A stretch of DNA of 64,000 nucleotides from NCBI GenBank assembly GCA_965112735.1, contig OZ218952.1, forward strand, positions 1,240,001-1,304,000. Direction: 5' to 3'. Positions within the stretch are counted from its first letter, which is position 1, and every line of letters starts with the position of its first letter. The translations under genes and the position numbers were made by a program. The notes beneath the pieces were generated by a model. That model had not been told where the DNA came from. It worked only from the letters and a program-made list of their open reading frames with translations, and made no database searches. Shown here piece by piece: positions 1-12,136 of the stretch. Source of the stretch: Phaeosaccion multiseriatum (taxonomy: Eukaryota; Protista; Ochrophyta, other classes).

Positions 1-37
1 GAGGGCGTACAAGCAGCAGATTGACCGCGATCAAGTC

Positions 38-371
38 ATGGCCACGGCCACTGCTGCCAATGCCGCTGCGGTACACGGAGGAGGGTACGGCGAGCGCACG
101 AATGGTCACGATGGCACTCCGCAGCAGTCGTATGGGCAGCAGTACCAGCCGCAGCCGCAGCAGGGAGGGAGGTACGAGGTGCAGGAACAGACTTATGGGT
201 TGCAGCAGCAGTCATACGAGCAGCAGCAACACTTGCGACATGCACCACCTGTCGACCCCAAGAGGGCCTACGCAGAGCAACTTGCACACGACGAGAGAGT
301 GGCAGAGGCAGCCCGGGCAGCGGAGAGAGAGCGGGAGGCAAGACGAAACCCTTTGGAGAGCTCAGGGCCCC

Positions 372-412
<41 letters not shown>

Positions 413-3400
413 CAGTCCTATAGGCAACCGCAGCCACAGATGGACCCTCGCAAGGCCGCGCAAACCCTCTATGCCCAGCAGCTGGAGCAAGATATTCGGG
501 CAAAGGCCGCTCTGCAGCAGCTGCAGCGTCCCACGCCACCCCAGCAGCAGCTGCAGCAGCAGCCAGTGACTGGTGGAGGGGGAGGAGGAAGGGCCTTTGC
601 AGAGCTGGGGGGCGGGGCAGATCACATGCGAGAGGCGCAGCTTCGAACCATTCAGCAAGCGCAGCAACACCAGCAGCAGCTGCAGCAGCAGTACATGCAG
701 CAGCAGCAGCAGTTGGTGATACAGGGCAGGTCCCGTGATGCCCAAGTGGCGGCGCTGCAGGCCACCAATGAGGCTCCTGTGGGCCGAGGACAGCTTGGGC
801 CTGGATGGGAAATTGGGCCTCTGGGACAGCCTGTGAGGAAGGAGATGCACGCAGGCAATCGCCACGACCAGAAGCGAGGCTACGAGGCGGTGGAGCAGGG
901 CCTGCCTCTCCCCAACGCATTCGCCACGGCCATGGGCGTCCCACAACACACACACCAGTACCTCGGGGGTACGTCGGACGAGCCCCTCGCTGCCACCCTC
1001 GCTGCCACGCTTGCTGCTTCTGCTGGTGGCGGTGCTCCTGGTGCGGAGACTGTGGGAGGAGGAGGAGGAGGAGGAGGAGGGGGGGGGGTTGGGGGAGGTG
1101 CCGGCAGAGGGTCAAGGGGGGGGGGGCTTGATGACTTGATGGGCATTGACCGCATGGAGAAGCAAGCTCGTGCGACGGCGATGAACGAGCTTCTGCAGCA
1201 GCAGATGCGCGAGGCGGCGGACCGAAAGAAGGTGAGGGAGGGAGGGAGGGAGGGAGGAAGGGGGGAAGGGAGGGAGGAAGGGAGGGAGGAAGGGAGGAAG
1301 GGAGGAAGGGAGGAAGGGAGGGAGGGACAGAGGGAGGGAGGGAGGGAGGGAGGGAGGAAGCGAGGAGTGGAGGGAGAATTCTTGTGAAAGGAAATGGAGG
1401 GGCGCGTTGTGTTAGGCTTGTACTGCATCATCCGAGTCCTTCTCGGCTCCTTTTGCCTCCCTCGTCCCGCCCCCCCTCTCCGACACACCCGTCCACTCGC
1501 TGCGTGCTTGCGTGCACTCCTCCAGCTGGACAAGGAGAAGCGAGACGCAGAGGAAAGGGCGGACAATGAGCGAATCGAACGCGAGCTGAAGGAGATTGAG
1601 GACCAACGGAAGGAAGAAGACCGCAAGGAAAAGGCGCTGAAGGAAGCAAAGCTCAAGGAAGAAGATGAGGCGAGGCTCGCATTGAGAAAGAAGCTGGCCG
1701 CTGAAGAAGAGAGGAAGCGAGCAGAGCAAGAGAGGAAGGAGGAGGAGCGGCTTGAGCGAGATAGGAGAGAGCTGGCAGCGGCGGAGGCGGCGGAGTTGGC
1801 GGCAGAGGCGAGGAGAAGAGCAGGGCAGCTCCTCCCGGCTGCTGCGGTTGGACCTACTGGTGCTCAGCGAGAGCCTTCTCAGATGCCAGAACAACATCAG
1901 CAACTACATCGGCCGTTGGAAAACCCGCCCCACGGCCCGCATCAGGTCCGGCAGCAGCATCACGGAAGTGTGGTCGAGGAGCAGCAGGAGCAGCAGCAGC
2001 AGCAGCAGCAGCAGCAAAAGCATCGGGGGAGTGTGGTAGAGCGGCCTCTGCCCACTACGACTGCGGCCGAAGCCCGGCGGCTGAGCCTGTTTGGGGGTGA
2101 TGAGAAGGGCGGAGCGAGCGGAGAGGGGGGGGCTCCCCCCTTCCTTCGAGGGGATACCTCGAAGCAAGTGCCACGGGACGCAGGGCCGGGCGAGCAGCAG
2201 CAGGAGCAATTGGTGATACAGCAGCATCAGCAGTCTTATGGGCAGCAGGAGGAGGCCCAGGCGTCTTCGCCAGCGACGGAGCGGCGAGGCAGCAGGAGGC
2301 CCAGACCTGGATCGGGAGTGGGACCCGCATCTGTTCGACTGGGGAATGACTCGTCGGGTGTTGCTCGGCTTCATCGTGAGTTGGAGGAGCAGCGCAGACT
2401 CAACACAGAGCTCCAGCGACAGCTCGGGCACACCAAAGACAACACGCTGCCCTTGGTGAGTGAGTGAGTGAGTGAGTGAGTGAGTGAGTGGAATATGATG
2501 GGCAACACCCCTTCTACGGACCCTCCAATACTTGCGCCCCCCCGCCCCATACGCCTCCACCTAACCGCCGTGTGCCGTGCCTCTCGTCCCTCAGACGCAC
2601 CGAAGCGACGCCCCAGCGCCAGAGGAGCGCTGCTTGGCAACTCGGCGCCCTTCGCGGACCAAGCTGGGGCTGGGGGTACTCCCGCCGGAGCCTCTGCTCT
2701 CTCCCAAGAGGTACGGAAGCAAGCCCACGGCCGAAGACGGCGTCGCTAGCAGGAGCGGTGGCGGTGGCGGTGGCGGATCTGGGAAGGGGACCGTTCCGCG
2801 ACCTCTCCTGGAGCTGCAGGAGCTGGGGCGCAGTACCAAGAAAGACATGTGGAAAGTACCAGGGCCGCGAGGGTTGGGTGACTTGGAGAGTGAGGACGAG
2901 GAGGAGGGGAATGGTGGTGACTGGAGCACGGCAGGAGGGCACGGAGCGAGGAGGCTGAAGAAGAAGAACGAGACGACGTACCGCAGCATCAAGGCCACGT
3001 TGCGCAGCGCGTGTGAGGGGCTCGAGGGGACGCTCAATGAGGTCGAGCGGAGGGAGATGCACGTGAGTGAAGAGATGGCGGATGGCAGTGGATTGTGCTC
3101 GCTTCGTGCTGCTCTTCTCTTCTCCTAATTCTCTCACTGTGTGCGTCGAAAAATACTTCTTTTCCCGTTGGCTTATTCTTGTGCTGTTCGCCAAAACGCC
3201 GGTCCAGGAGGCTGCTCAATCCTCCGCAAGAGGGACGGGGCCTTGTGTCCGAGCAGCAGTGGACACTTACCGCCCCAGCAGCGAAGGGAAGGGGGCAGGC
3301 GCGGTACGAGGAGACCTTGGAGGTCACACCTCTCTCCACCGGCCTCCGCACCAGCAGCAGCAGCGATCCCAGAGGCCGAGGCGACCTTCCTACGAGGCCT

Positions 3401-3658
3401 GGCAAGGGGGACAGGAACACAACGCGGAAACGGAAATGACTTCCGAGCAGGCGAGGGCGCTGCTTCTCGCGGGTGGGACCGGGACCACGGACCCAGGCGG
3501 AGGAGGAGGAAACGAGATGGGCACGTCACGAAACGAGGTGGGCACGGCCGGCAGCATGTTGGACGCGGAGAGCACGTTCGTCTATCCAGAGGGGGGGGGT
3601 GGTGATGGCAGAGGAGGGGGGCGCACCGACTCCTCCTCCGCTCGCCCACTGGGGCCCG

Positions 3659-3689
<31 letters not shown>

Positions 3690-4206
3690 TGGCGACGACT
3701 TTACCCAATGTGGGCGCCACCACCACCGTCGCTCCGGCTCCCTGTCCAAGGCGGGTCGGCAGATCGCCGCCGCTCGCCCGGACTCGGCTTGCTCTTCTTC
3801 GCAGCGCAAGGACAAGGTAGTAGTGGTGCCGGGATTGGAACTCGGTGGTGACACCTTGGACGCTGCAAGAGGCGGTGGAGGCCGGGGAGGGGTCGGCGGG
3901 TCATCATCTGCGGCCCCCTTTAGCAACCGCACGGGTCGAACGACGACAGCACTGTCCGAGGAGGAGGGGGATGGCCCCGAGGAAGACGACTCCATGGACA
4001 TTGACTCCATCCAGAGGAAGGCGGAGGAGCGGTTACGGTGGCTGCAGGAGCTCGAGGATGGCCCAGGAGCGGGAGGAGGAGGTCTGCAGACGGGGGGGCC
4101 TCATCGCAGCAAGGGGCTCTCTGGGAGGGAAGGAAGCAGGCCCATGACGAGGTCCTCAGAGCACTCCATGCTCGGGGACTCTCGCTGGGCGACTCACAAC
4201 GATTAG
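38..4206 (+). CDS. Q-rich coiled-coil protein, CCDC66/CSPP1-like (4 exons: <38-1231, 1526-2455, 2595-3062, 3208-4206; probably 5'-partial)
   Basis: The frame is open from the window start. Three GT-AG introns are all phase 0 and join the ORFs in frame. Repeated 'AYxxQL' motifs and 'NELLQQQMREAADRKK|LDKEKRDAEERADNERIERE' resemble the CCDC66/CSPP1 coiled-coil. Confidence 0.6.
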
Positions 4207-4300
4207 ACTTGTTGATACATAGAACAAATAAGACGAGAAACGAACAAACTCCGGCTCCGGGCTGCCTTTGAGGCAATGTAATGTATCATCGTTCTTCCCC

Positions 4301-4517
4301 GTCCTTCTCTGCCATCTCCAGGGCGTCAAAGTCAAAGGTCCAGCGCTCGTTGCCGTCCACCTGCCCCAGCTTGAGCCCTTTACGCTGGGTCTGCGCCGGG
4401 GCCGACAAGAAGGGGCTGTAGATGGGGGTGGAGACGATGATGCCGGAGTTTTCCGGCACTGCACCGGTCGGTCCGTTGGTTGCGGGGGGAGGAATTGGGG
4501 CGCTCGTGAGTGGTGAT
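4301..4517 (-). pseudogene. Inverted partial duplicate of the PLP-enzyme gene (intron 3 end plus start of exon 4)
   Basis: Reverse complement of ~10081-10313 (encodes PENSGII.STPIYSPFLSAPAQTQR...NERWTFDFDALEMA), with a small deletion and retained intron sequence. Confidence 0.9.
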
Positions 4518-6520
4518 GCTTGTCACCCACTTTAGACTGAGGGACCGACAACCAAGCTGACTTGGCAGACCCCGTCATCATTGACTTACAACCATCCCCC
4601 AAACGGAGCACCCACCCACCCACTTGTCCTTTCTTCTGACTTGGCTGAGAGCCTCTTTCGGGTCCTGACACGCTGTCTCTCCATACTACTGGCTGCTATC
4701 GTAGCTACCACCAGGAGGCCGTCAACTTCTTCCAAAAGTGGCTGCGGCGAGCGAACATCTCCGCTGACGAGAAACTCCTCATGCTGGACCTGTGGAAGCA
4801 AGCGCGCTCCCTGCAGGGCGCACGACGGCACCTTCACGTGGGTTCATCTCATGAGCTTCCAACAAGGCAGATACACCATCTGCGCCGTCATGGGGTGGGC
4901 CTGCACCGACGGCTGCAACGGCCCCCGCGTCTGCTGCCTTGCCCTGGTGGCTGGGCACAGCTCTCGGAGTATAGGATGTTCCAGGACTTCCGCGACGAGC
5001 TCAAGTGCGTCGGGGAGATCCGCTACAGGGAGGGCGCCTTGAAGAAGGACAACACCAGGCGCCAGTACCTGAGTGTGCACTTCAAGGATCCACGAGGTAG
5101 GTATTTTCACCCCGCGCCTTGCCTTCTCTCCGCACCTCCTTCAGCAGACGAGCAGACGATCGCAATGTCCCACAACAAGAACGTAGCGTTTGGCTCCTCC
5201 TCGGCGGCCGAGGAGGGGGGAGATTGGCTGGCTCGAAGTTACTAAAGGGGGGAGGGTCGTGCCGCACAGCGTCAACCCTTCCGCGCCCCCCTCCTCCTCC
5301 GGGGCCAAGCCACCTTCAGCCTCAACAGCCACAAGGACTTCCCCCGCTTTTCCGAGGAGGCGTCGACAAAGGTCACCGACAACAACCCCGTCGGGGGGAA
5401 CAAGACCAACGCTGCTCCCCTCCGCGGATTTGAAAATCGACAAAACCAATGCTACATGGCGGCGGCGCTTCAGCGGGTAGCGGGTAGCTGAAGCGCCGCC
5501 GCCATGTAGCACTGATTCTGTCTATTTTCAAATCCGCGGAGGGGAGGAGCGTTGGTCTTGTCCGCCCCGACGGGGTTGTTGTCGGTGACCTTTGTCGACG
5601 CCTCCTCGGAAAGACGGGGGAAGTCCTTGTGGCTCTTGAGGCTGAAGTTGGCGCCGGAGGAGGAGGGGGGCGCGGAAGGGTTGACGCTGTGCGGCACGAC
5701 CCTCCCCCCTTTAGAAACTTCGAGCCAATCTCCTCCCTCCTCGGCCGCCGAGGAGGAGCCGTACGCTACGTTCTTGGTGTGGGACATTGTGATCGTCTGC
5801 TCGTCTGCTGAAGGAGGTGCGGTGAAGGAGGTGGGAGAGAAGGCAAGGCGCGGGGGTGAGAATACCTGCCTCGTGGATCCTTGAAGTGGACACTCAGATA
5901 CTGGCGCCCTCCCTGTTGCGGATCTTCCCGACGCACTTGAGCTCGTCGCGGAAGTCCTGGAACATCCGGTACTCCGAGAGCCCAGCCACCAAGGCAAGGC
6001 AGCAGACGCGGGGGCCGTTGCAGCTCTAGGCCGCTCGCCCACCCCATGAGGGCGCAGATGGTGTATCTGCCTTGTTGGAAGCTCACGAGATGAACCCACT
6101 TGAAGGTGCCGTCGAACGCCCTCCAGGGAGCGCGCTTGCTTCCACAGGTCCAGCATGAGGAGTTTCTCGTCAGCGGAGATGTTCGCTCGCCGCAGCTACT
6201 TTTGGAAGAAGTTGACGGCCTCCTGGTGGTACGATAGCAGTAGTATGGAGGCAGGAGGAAGAAGAAGATGATGATGATGAAGAAGGGCTTTGTGTTGTAA
6301 GTCAATGACAGCGGGTATTTGGGCCTCATACTGTAAGCAAATAGCACACAGGACGCCGAAAAAGGCTCTCAGTCAAGTCAGAAGAAAGGACAAGTGGTTG
6401 GGTGGGTGCTCCGTAGGGGGGATGGTTGTAAGCCAATGATAACGGGGTGTCAGGACCCCCAAAAGCCCCATTGCAGTACAGCTTGGTTGTCGGTCGCTCA
6501 GTCTAAAGTGGGGTGACAAG
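4518..6520. repeat. ~2-kb imperfect foldback (arms ~4518-5474 and ~5487-6520)
   Basis: Centre reads GCTACATGGCGGCGGCGCTTCAGC-gggtagcgggta-GCTGAAGCGCCGCCGCCATGTAGC. The arms align in reverse complement out to ttgtcacccactttagactgag / ctcagtctaaagtggggtgacaa. Confidence 0.92.
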
Positions 6521-7385
6521 TATTGCATACCGTGTACTGCTTGGCTGTGAAGGGGAAGGCATCGCCCACCTTTGCCCCGTCCAAGTCTTCGTCGGGCCTC
6601 GAACCAAATTCTCTGCGCCGCGCTGCGCCACTCGCGGTTCCACTCGAGCGACACAGGGTTAGCTTGCCTTCGAGCTCCACCGGCGCCTCGGGTGGTCTGA
6701 CATACTCGAGATTGGCGGTGAGCCATGCCGTCCTTGGTTCCCTGCGTAAAGATAGGGGCAGCCAGCCAAGAGACTTTCAGGGCAACGGGCAAAGGGAAAG
6801 GCAAACTACTGGCTACCCACCTTCTCCATCAACTGCTTGGCGTGGTACTGCTTACGGGGCAGCCCATCGTTGTCGTCGCCCTCCACCAGGACGTTGACCA
6901 AATGCTGCAGGGCGTCCCAGTCGGCGGCAAGAGGCAGCGCCTCCCGGATCTCGTCATCGCTCACGCCCTTATGAGAGCCCTGGGACGTTAGTGAGAGAGG
7001 CATGAGGGACAAGGAGGCGACTTGGGGGGGGCGGCGACTTTGCTGCTTACCTTGGGCTTTGGACGGACATTAAGTTCTCGCGCAGCCCTGTTCCTGCCGC
7101 CTCTCTGTGCAAACTATGGGGGGTCGGTCTTTGTCAGTCTCGCTCAACCAGAAGGTGTGTGTGCCACCAGCCCACCCCTCTACTGCGTCTCCAAGCCGTG
7201 TCCCGCCTAGAGGACACAGGCCTCTACTCTGCGTCACCACCCCGTCCCCCATATGCCTCTACTGCGTCTCCACCCCTCCCCCACATGCCCCTATTGTGGC
7301 CCGCCCAGGGACACAGGCCTCTACTCTCCATCTCCACCCCTTCCCCACATGCCTGCATCTACTCTGTCTCCACCCACCGCCCCCG
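5487..7385 (-). mobile_element. Internally deleted, inverted derivative of the 11.7-16.8 kb element
   Basis: Reverse-complement matches to ~12140-13070, ~13380-13545 and ~14640-15220, with the intervening parts missing. It includes the same GGGGTGGAGACAGAGTAGAGGC minisatellite. Confidence 0.8.
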
Positions 7386-7389
7386 CTCC

Positions 7390-8063
7390 TCACCTTGCTA
7401 GTTTTTGTGAAGGCATTGTCATTGCCCTACCGCTGCTGCTGCTCGTCGCCGTCGTCGAAAGACTCAGACCGCGCCCTCTTCGGTGGTCGTTGACGAAGGG
7501 CCGCCGCCTCCTGCTCACTGTCCAGCTCGTCGGCCACCGCCCCCCGGTTCGCTGTGCCCAAGAGAAGGGGCGCGCGCCCTCCGGGGGGAAGCTCCGGTGG
7601 ATGCGGATGCACTCCTCCAGCGACTTTCCCGCTCGGTCCCGGCGAAAGAGCTCGTCCTCTATGGCACAGGAGGGCTGTCCTCGGAGCTTGTCGAAATGCT
7701 GGGTGAACATCACCACGGGCTTTGGGAGGTACCACTCCAAAGCTGCCAGAGCAAAGCCGCCGCCGTAGGCATCGTTGGCCATTCCTAGCTCCGCCAGCGT
7801 GGCCCGCACCAGCTCCTCGTCACTCGCAAGCTGGCCTCCCGCGACAACCCGCACTGGCCTCAATAGCGCAAGAGGCGGCGCCTGCGGCACTCGCTCCACG
7901 ACCGCCACAACGTCCGAGCGAAGGCGGTGGGCCGCCTCCGAGTGCGATGCGAAAAAGCGCCCAAGTCGTCGCTGGGCCCACACGTGTTGATGAGGCTCAT
8001 GGGAGGCTCATGGAGTGCCATCATCCGCTTGGAGCATCGCAACAACCACGCTTCGTGCCACAA
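7390..8063 (-). pseudogene. Unidentified coding-like fragment, apparently frameshifted
   Basis: Overlapping ORFs 7860-8063 and 7390-7983 read like protein (EWYLPKPVVMFTQHFDKLRG...), but no family was recognised. Confidence 0.25.
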
Positions 8064-9291
8064 GTCGCGCCCGGGCGCTGGTGCTGGTGCTACTGGTCCT
8101 ACTGCTGCTGATGCGTTGAGACCGTCCGGAGCGAGGGAAGGGTGCGCTGCAGGGTGGGTGCGGCGAGGGAGGGGGGGCGCGGAGTAGCTTAAGAATAGGC
8201 GCAGGAGGCAGGGCTATCGATTGATCCAGGCTATCGTTTGTGGAGGGAGGAGTACAAGCACCTCCTCCCCTTGCTTGCGAAAACGGCGTTTTCATCCCCC
8301 CCCCCCCGTTCTCACCTCCGGAGCTTGGGGTCGCTAGGGATCCTGGGACTGAGGGGCACATTTGTCGGTCGTTACTTGCCGTGGGGACTCGTGCCTGCGG
8401 CCATGAGGTCCTCCCTGCTGTCGATCGGGATCTGCGGAGGGGCGGGGAGGGCGGAAGAAGGGCAGGGAGTGGGCGAAGAGTTGTCACAGCGGCGTCAGGC
8501 ACGAACGTAGGGCAGTGAGGAATGTTCGCAGGAATCAGGGCTAGCGAATGGTTCAGGCTTGTGGAGGGAGAAACCGAGGGGTGCGCACCACGTCGGTGCC
8601 TGCCTGTGGTAGCAACTTGAAGTAACGGGCAGCGTAGCAGCAGTGCGCGTGACAAGTTTCTGCCAGCGAGATCCGTATAGAGGCAAGCGGCAGCGGAAAA
8701 GACGCATACGAGTCGGGGCTATGCCTTGGTGATGTCTAGTCCCGCGGCCAAGGCATATTGACTGAAAACGATGGCCCCTAACCACTTGCAGCGCCGCCCC
8801 CCACCACTTGTGTGCTTTGAGAAAAAAAGAAGTAGACCTGCTGGTGCTCCGGCGGAGACCGAAAGAAGCGGAGCGCCAGACCTTGTGCGGTGATTCCCAC
8901 CCCTGACGGGCACCCTGCCCGGTCGTCGCGTGCCGGCGGGAGCTCCCGTCACGTCGACTAACCGTGGGGCTGCAGCCGCTCGAGTCGCCGCTTTGTCTCC
9001 ACAGTGAGCTCGGTCCGGGACGGCTAGCAGTCTGAAACGTGCGTGGGGCTTTCCCCTATCGGCCTCGGCTCGTGTAGAGCTGCTCTGCTGTGCCTTGCAT
9101 CTCCAAGATCGGCGCTATCCCCAAGATCGGCCCCAGCGCAGAAAAAAAAAAAAAAAAAAAAATGAACTGAAACTCAAGCTAGCTGTTACTTTTAGCCTCT
9201 CCTCCCCATCCCTCTCCCCCTCTCCCCTCTCCCCTTTCCTTCAGGGTTCAGGCCGGCGCGTGGATCCCCGACACCCGCGCGGCTAACCAAG

Positions 9292-11062
9292 ATGGCCGCG
9301 AAACTGGGCGTATTTGCGGTACTCTTGTGCGCAGCAGCTGGGCATGTACAGGCTTTTATTCACCCCACCACGCCCTTTCATCGTCTTCCAAGGTTCGCAG
9401 GGGAAGCAGCCATGGTAAACGACGAGGAGGGTGGGACGCGGTTTGACTTTAGCACCATGCCAGACCGCAAGAACACCGGGGCGCTCAAGTGGGACAAGTA
9501 CAAGGGGAGGGACATCATTCCATTGTGGGTAGCGGACATGGACCTCCCCACATGCCCTGCGGTGCTCGAGGGCTTGCAGAGCTACATTGCGAAGGGAGAT
9601 GGTAAGCAGGCGGGGTTGGGAGGGCATCGTGGCTGGATTGACTGGTGGACCATTGCGTGCAAAAGCGCGAGACTTGTATATAGATTGAGGATCCATCGCT
9701 TAATTCAAGGCTCCTCTTTGGCTGGCTCCTTTCCTCATGTGGACCCTGCCCGCTGCTCTTGTTCGCCCTGGCTGCTGCAGCTGTGTTCGGCTACACGCTC
9801 CCCACGAGTGAGGCCTACGCGGCGGTAAGAAGCTACATGGAGGAGCGCCATGGAGCGCAGGTGCAGGACAGATGGACCCTCTTCTCCCCAGGTACGGAGG
9901 GAGTGGGTTTAAGCGTAAGGATCGAGGGAGGAGCTAGCTGAGTTGGTTGCCCCTCTGCCCTCCATGACGTGTATATACTGCCTTGGTTCTCCCCCCCCAC
10001 ACCAACACAGGCGTGGTTCAGTCCCTCAACTTGTGCTGCAAAGTAGGTGAGTGAAGCCCTGTCGTTCCTCGTTCCTCCGCAATCACCACTCACGAGTGCC
10101 CCAATACCAATCCTCCCCGACCGACCGCCGCAGTGCCGGAAAACTCCGGCATTATCGTCTTCACCCCCATCTACAGCCCCTTCTTGTCGGCCCCGGCGCA
10201 GACCCAGCGTAATCTCATCCAAGTAGGGCTCAAGCTGGGGCAGGTGGACGGCAACGAGCGCTGGACCTTTGACTTTGACGCCCTGGAGATGGCAGTAGAG
10301 GGGCGCAAGGACAAGGTGCAGCAGGACGAGGAGGGGGAGCTAAAGCCCGTGAGCATGCTGCTGCTGTGCAATCCGCACAACCCCGTGGGGCGAGTCTTTA
10401 CGGAGGGGGAGCTGAGTCGACTTGGCAAGTGGTGCGAGAGCCACGACATTACCATCGTGTCGGACGAGATCCACTCCGACCTTGTGTTGGAGCCCGAGGC
10501 CGAGGGGCGTCACGTCCCCATGCTGGCTGTGGACGGGGGACGGTTTCAAGACCGAACCATTCTCCTCAACGCCCCCAGCAAGACGTTCAACACCGCGGGG
10601 CTGTGCTGCAGCTTCCTTGTCATCCCCAATCACGCGATTCGGAGAAAGTTCCTCCGCGCGGCCTCGGGCATTATCACGCAAAACCCCGCGCTGGGCTACG
10701 TCGGACTCGTCGCTGCCTTTACTCAGGGGTGGGAGTGGCAAGCAGCCCTCCTCACGCACTTGCGTGGCAACCGGGACGCCGTCTACGCCTTTGTCGAGGA
10801 GCGCCTGCCGGAGCTGCGCATGCGACCCATGCAGGCAACATACTTGGCCTGGCTGGACGTTACTGCGCTGGGCTGGCGGGACCCCGTGCTGACCTTTGAG
10901 CGCCACGGCGTGGGCCTCACGGACGGGCGCTTCTTCGCCGGCGAGCAGCACGTGCGCATCAACTTTGGCTGCCCGAGGGACGTGCTCATGGAGGGCTTGC
11001 GGCGCATGGAGGCAGCCGTCGTGGCCGAGCACAGGCAGCCCAAGGCGGCTGCAGCGGAGTGA
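9292..11062 (+). CDS. PLP-dependent class I/II aminotransferase, MalY/PatB (cystathionine beta-lyase-like), with predicted plastid bipartite presequence; exons 9292-9601, 9781-9891, 10011-10046, 10134-11062
   Basis: Motifs IPLWVADMD, FGYT, LCNPHNPVGRVF, IVSDEIHSDL, APSKTFN, QATYLAWLD and VRINFGCPR. Splice phases are consistent. The N-terminus is a signal peptide followed by 'VQA-F'. Confidence 0.93.
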
Positions 11063-12136
11063 CCGGGGTATGGCAGGGGGTGGGGGGATGGGAGTACCAG
11101 CAGCAGCAGGACGTCCGCTTTCATGCACCATTGATTGCTGCGCCCCGCCTTCCTCGCCTGGGGGAGGCGAGGGGCACGTCCATGCGTGTGCGAAGCAGGG
11201 GTGCAACGGCTCACCTCGGCCCGAGCAAGGAGGGATTGTTTCAGTGGCTGGGCATCGCGTCTGAGCAGGAACGAACAAGCTTTTTCTCTCGGCCGTTGCC
11301 GCAGTGGAAGCGACGAAGAGCAGCAGCTTGAAGTGGCCAGCCAGGCAGCTTTCCGTTGGTGGATTGTGGGAAGGGCACCACCACCAATGGATTCACCGCA
11401 CACTTTGCTGCACGGAGCTTCGTGGGCAGTGTGTGAGAGCAGTGTGCTGCAGCGGCGCTTTCCTGCACGGAGTTTGGTGGGCAGTGGAGAAAGAAAGGGA
11501 CTGTCTGGGTGTCAGGCACACACACACACACACACACACCAGTAAACACTTCCGCCAATGAGGCTTTGGTACCCCCCCCGAGTGGCGAGAAGGAGTCATG
11601 AGAGTGTCTCATCCGTGAGTCGAAGGATTTTCTCATTCGTGCTTGAGTGTGTGTGCATAGGAGGACGCCTGGTTTGATGCGTCGCGCTTGCACACACGTG
11701 GGTGAGTTTGAGTCGTGGGACTTTCTCATCCTTGGTTTTTGGCAGCAGCATACGGCGGCAGCACTGTGTGTAGAGCTTTAGTAGGCGAAACCGCTTGAGT
11801 TGCGTCGGGACACGCACGCAATAGTTTACTGTAGTTCAGGGGATGTTGGAAGGCTGACGACAGTAACACGTCAATGGCCCAGGCCCAGGCAGATGGCCCG
11901 TTTCTCCCGCTTGGTCGTTTAGGATGGCTCAGGGATCATGCGTTGCTATTACCGTGTCCTATCCCATGTGGAGAGCAACACGACTCTTTACAGTATTAAA
12001 AAATGATGGAGTGCGACGACGGTTACTTCCCCACACCTACGATTCCTGACACCGGTGCTGACGCCAAACACCACATCCCGTCCTCCTCCTCCTGTACATT
12101 GCTCCCACTCCCACTATTGCCGGGTCCACAAACCCC

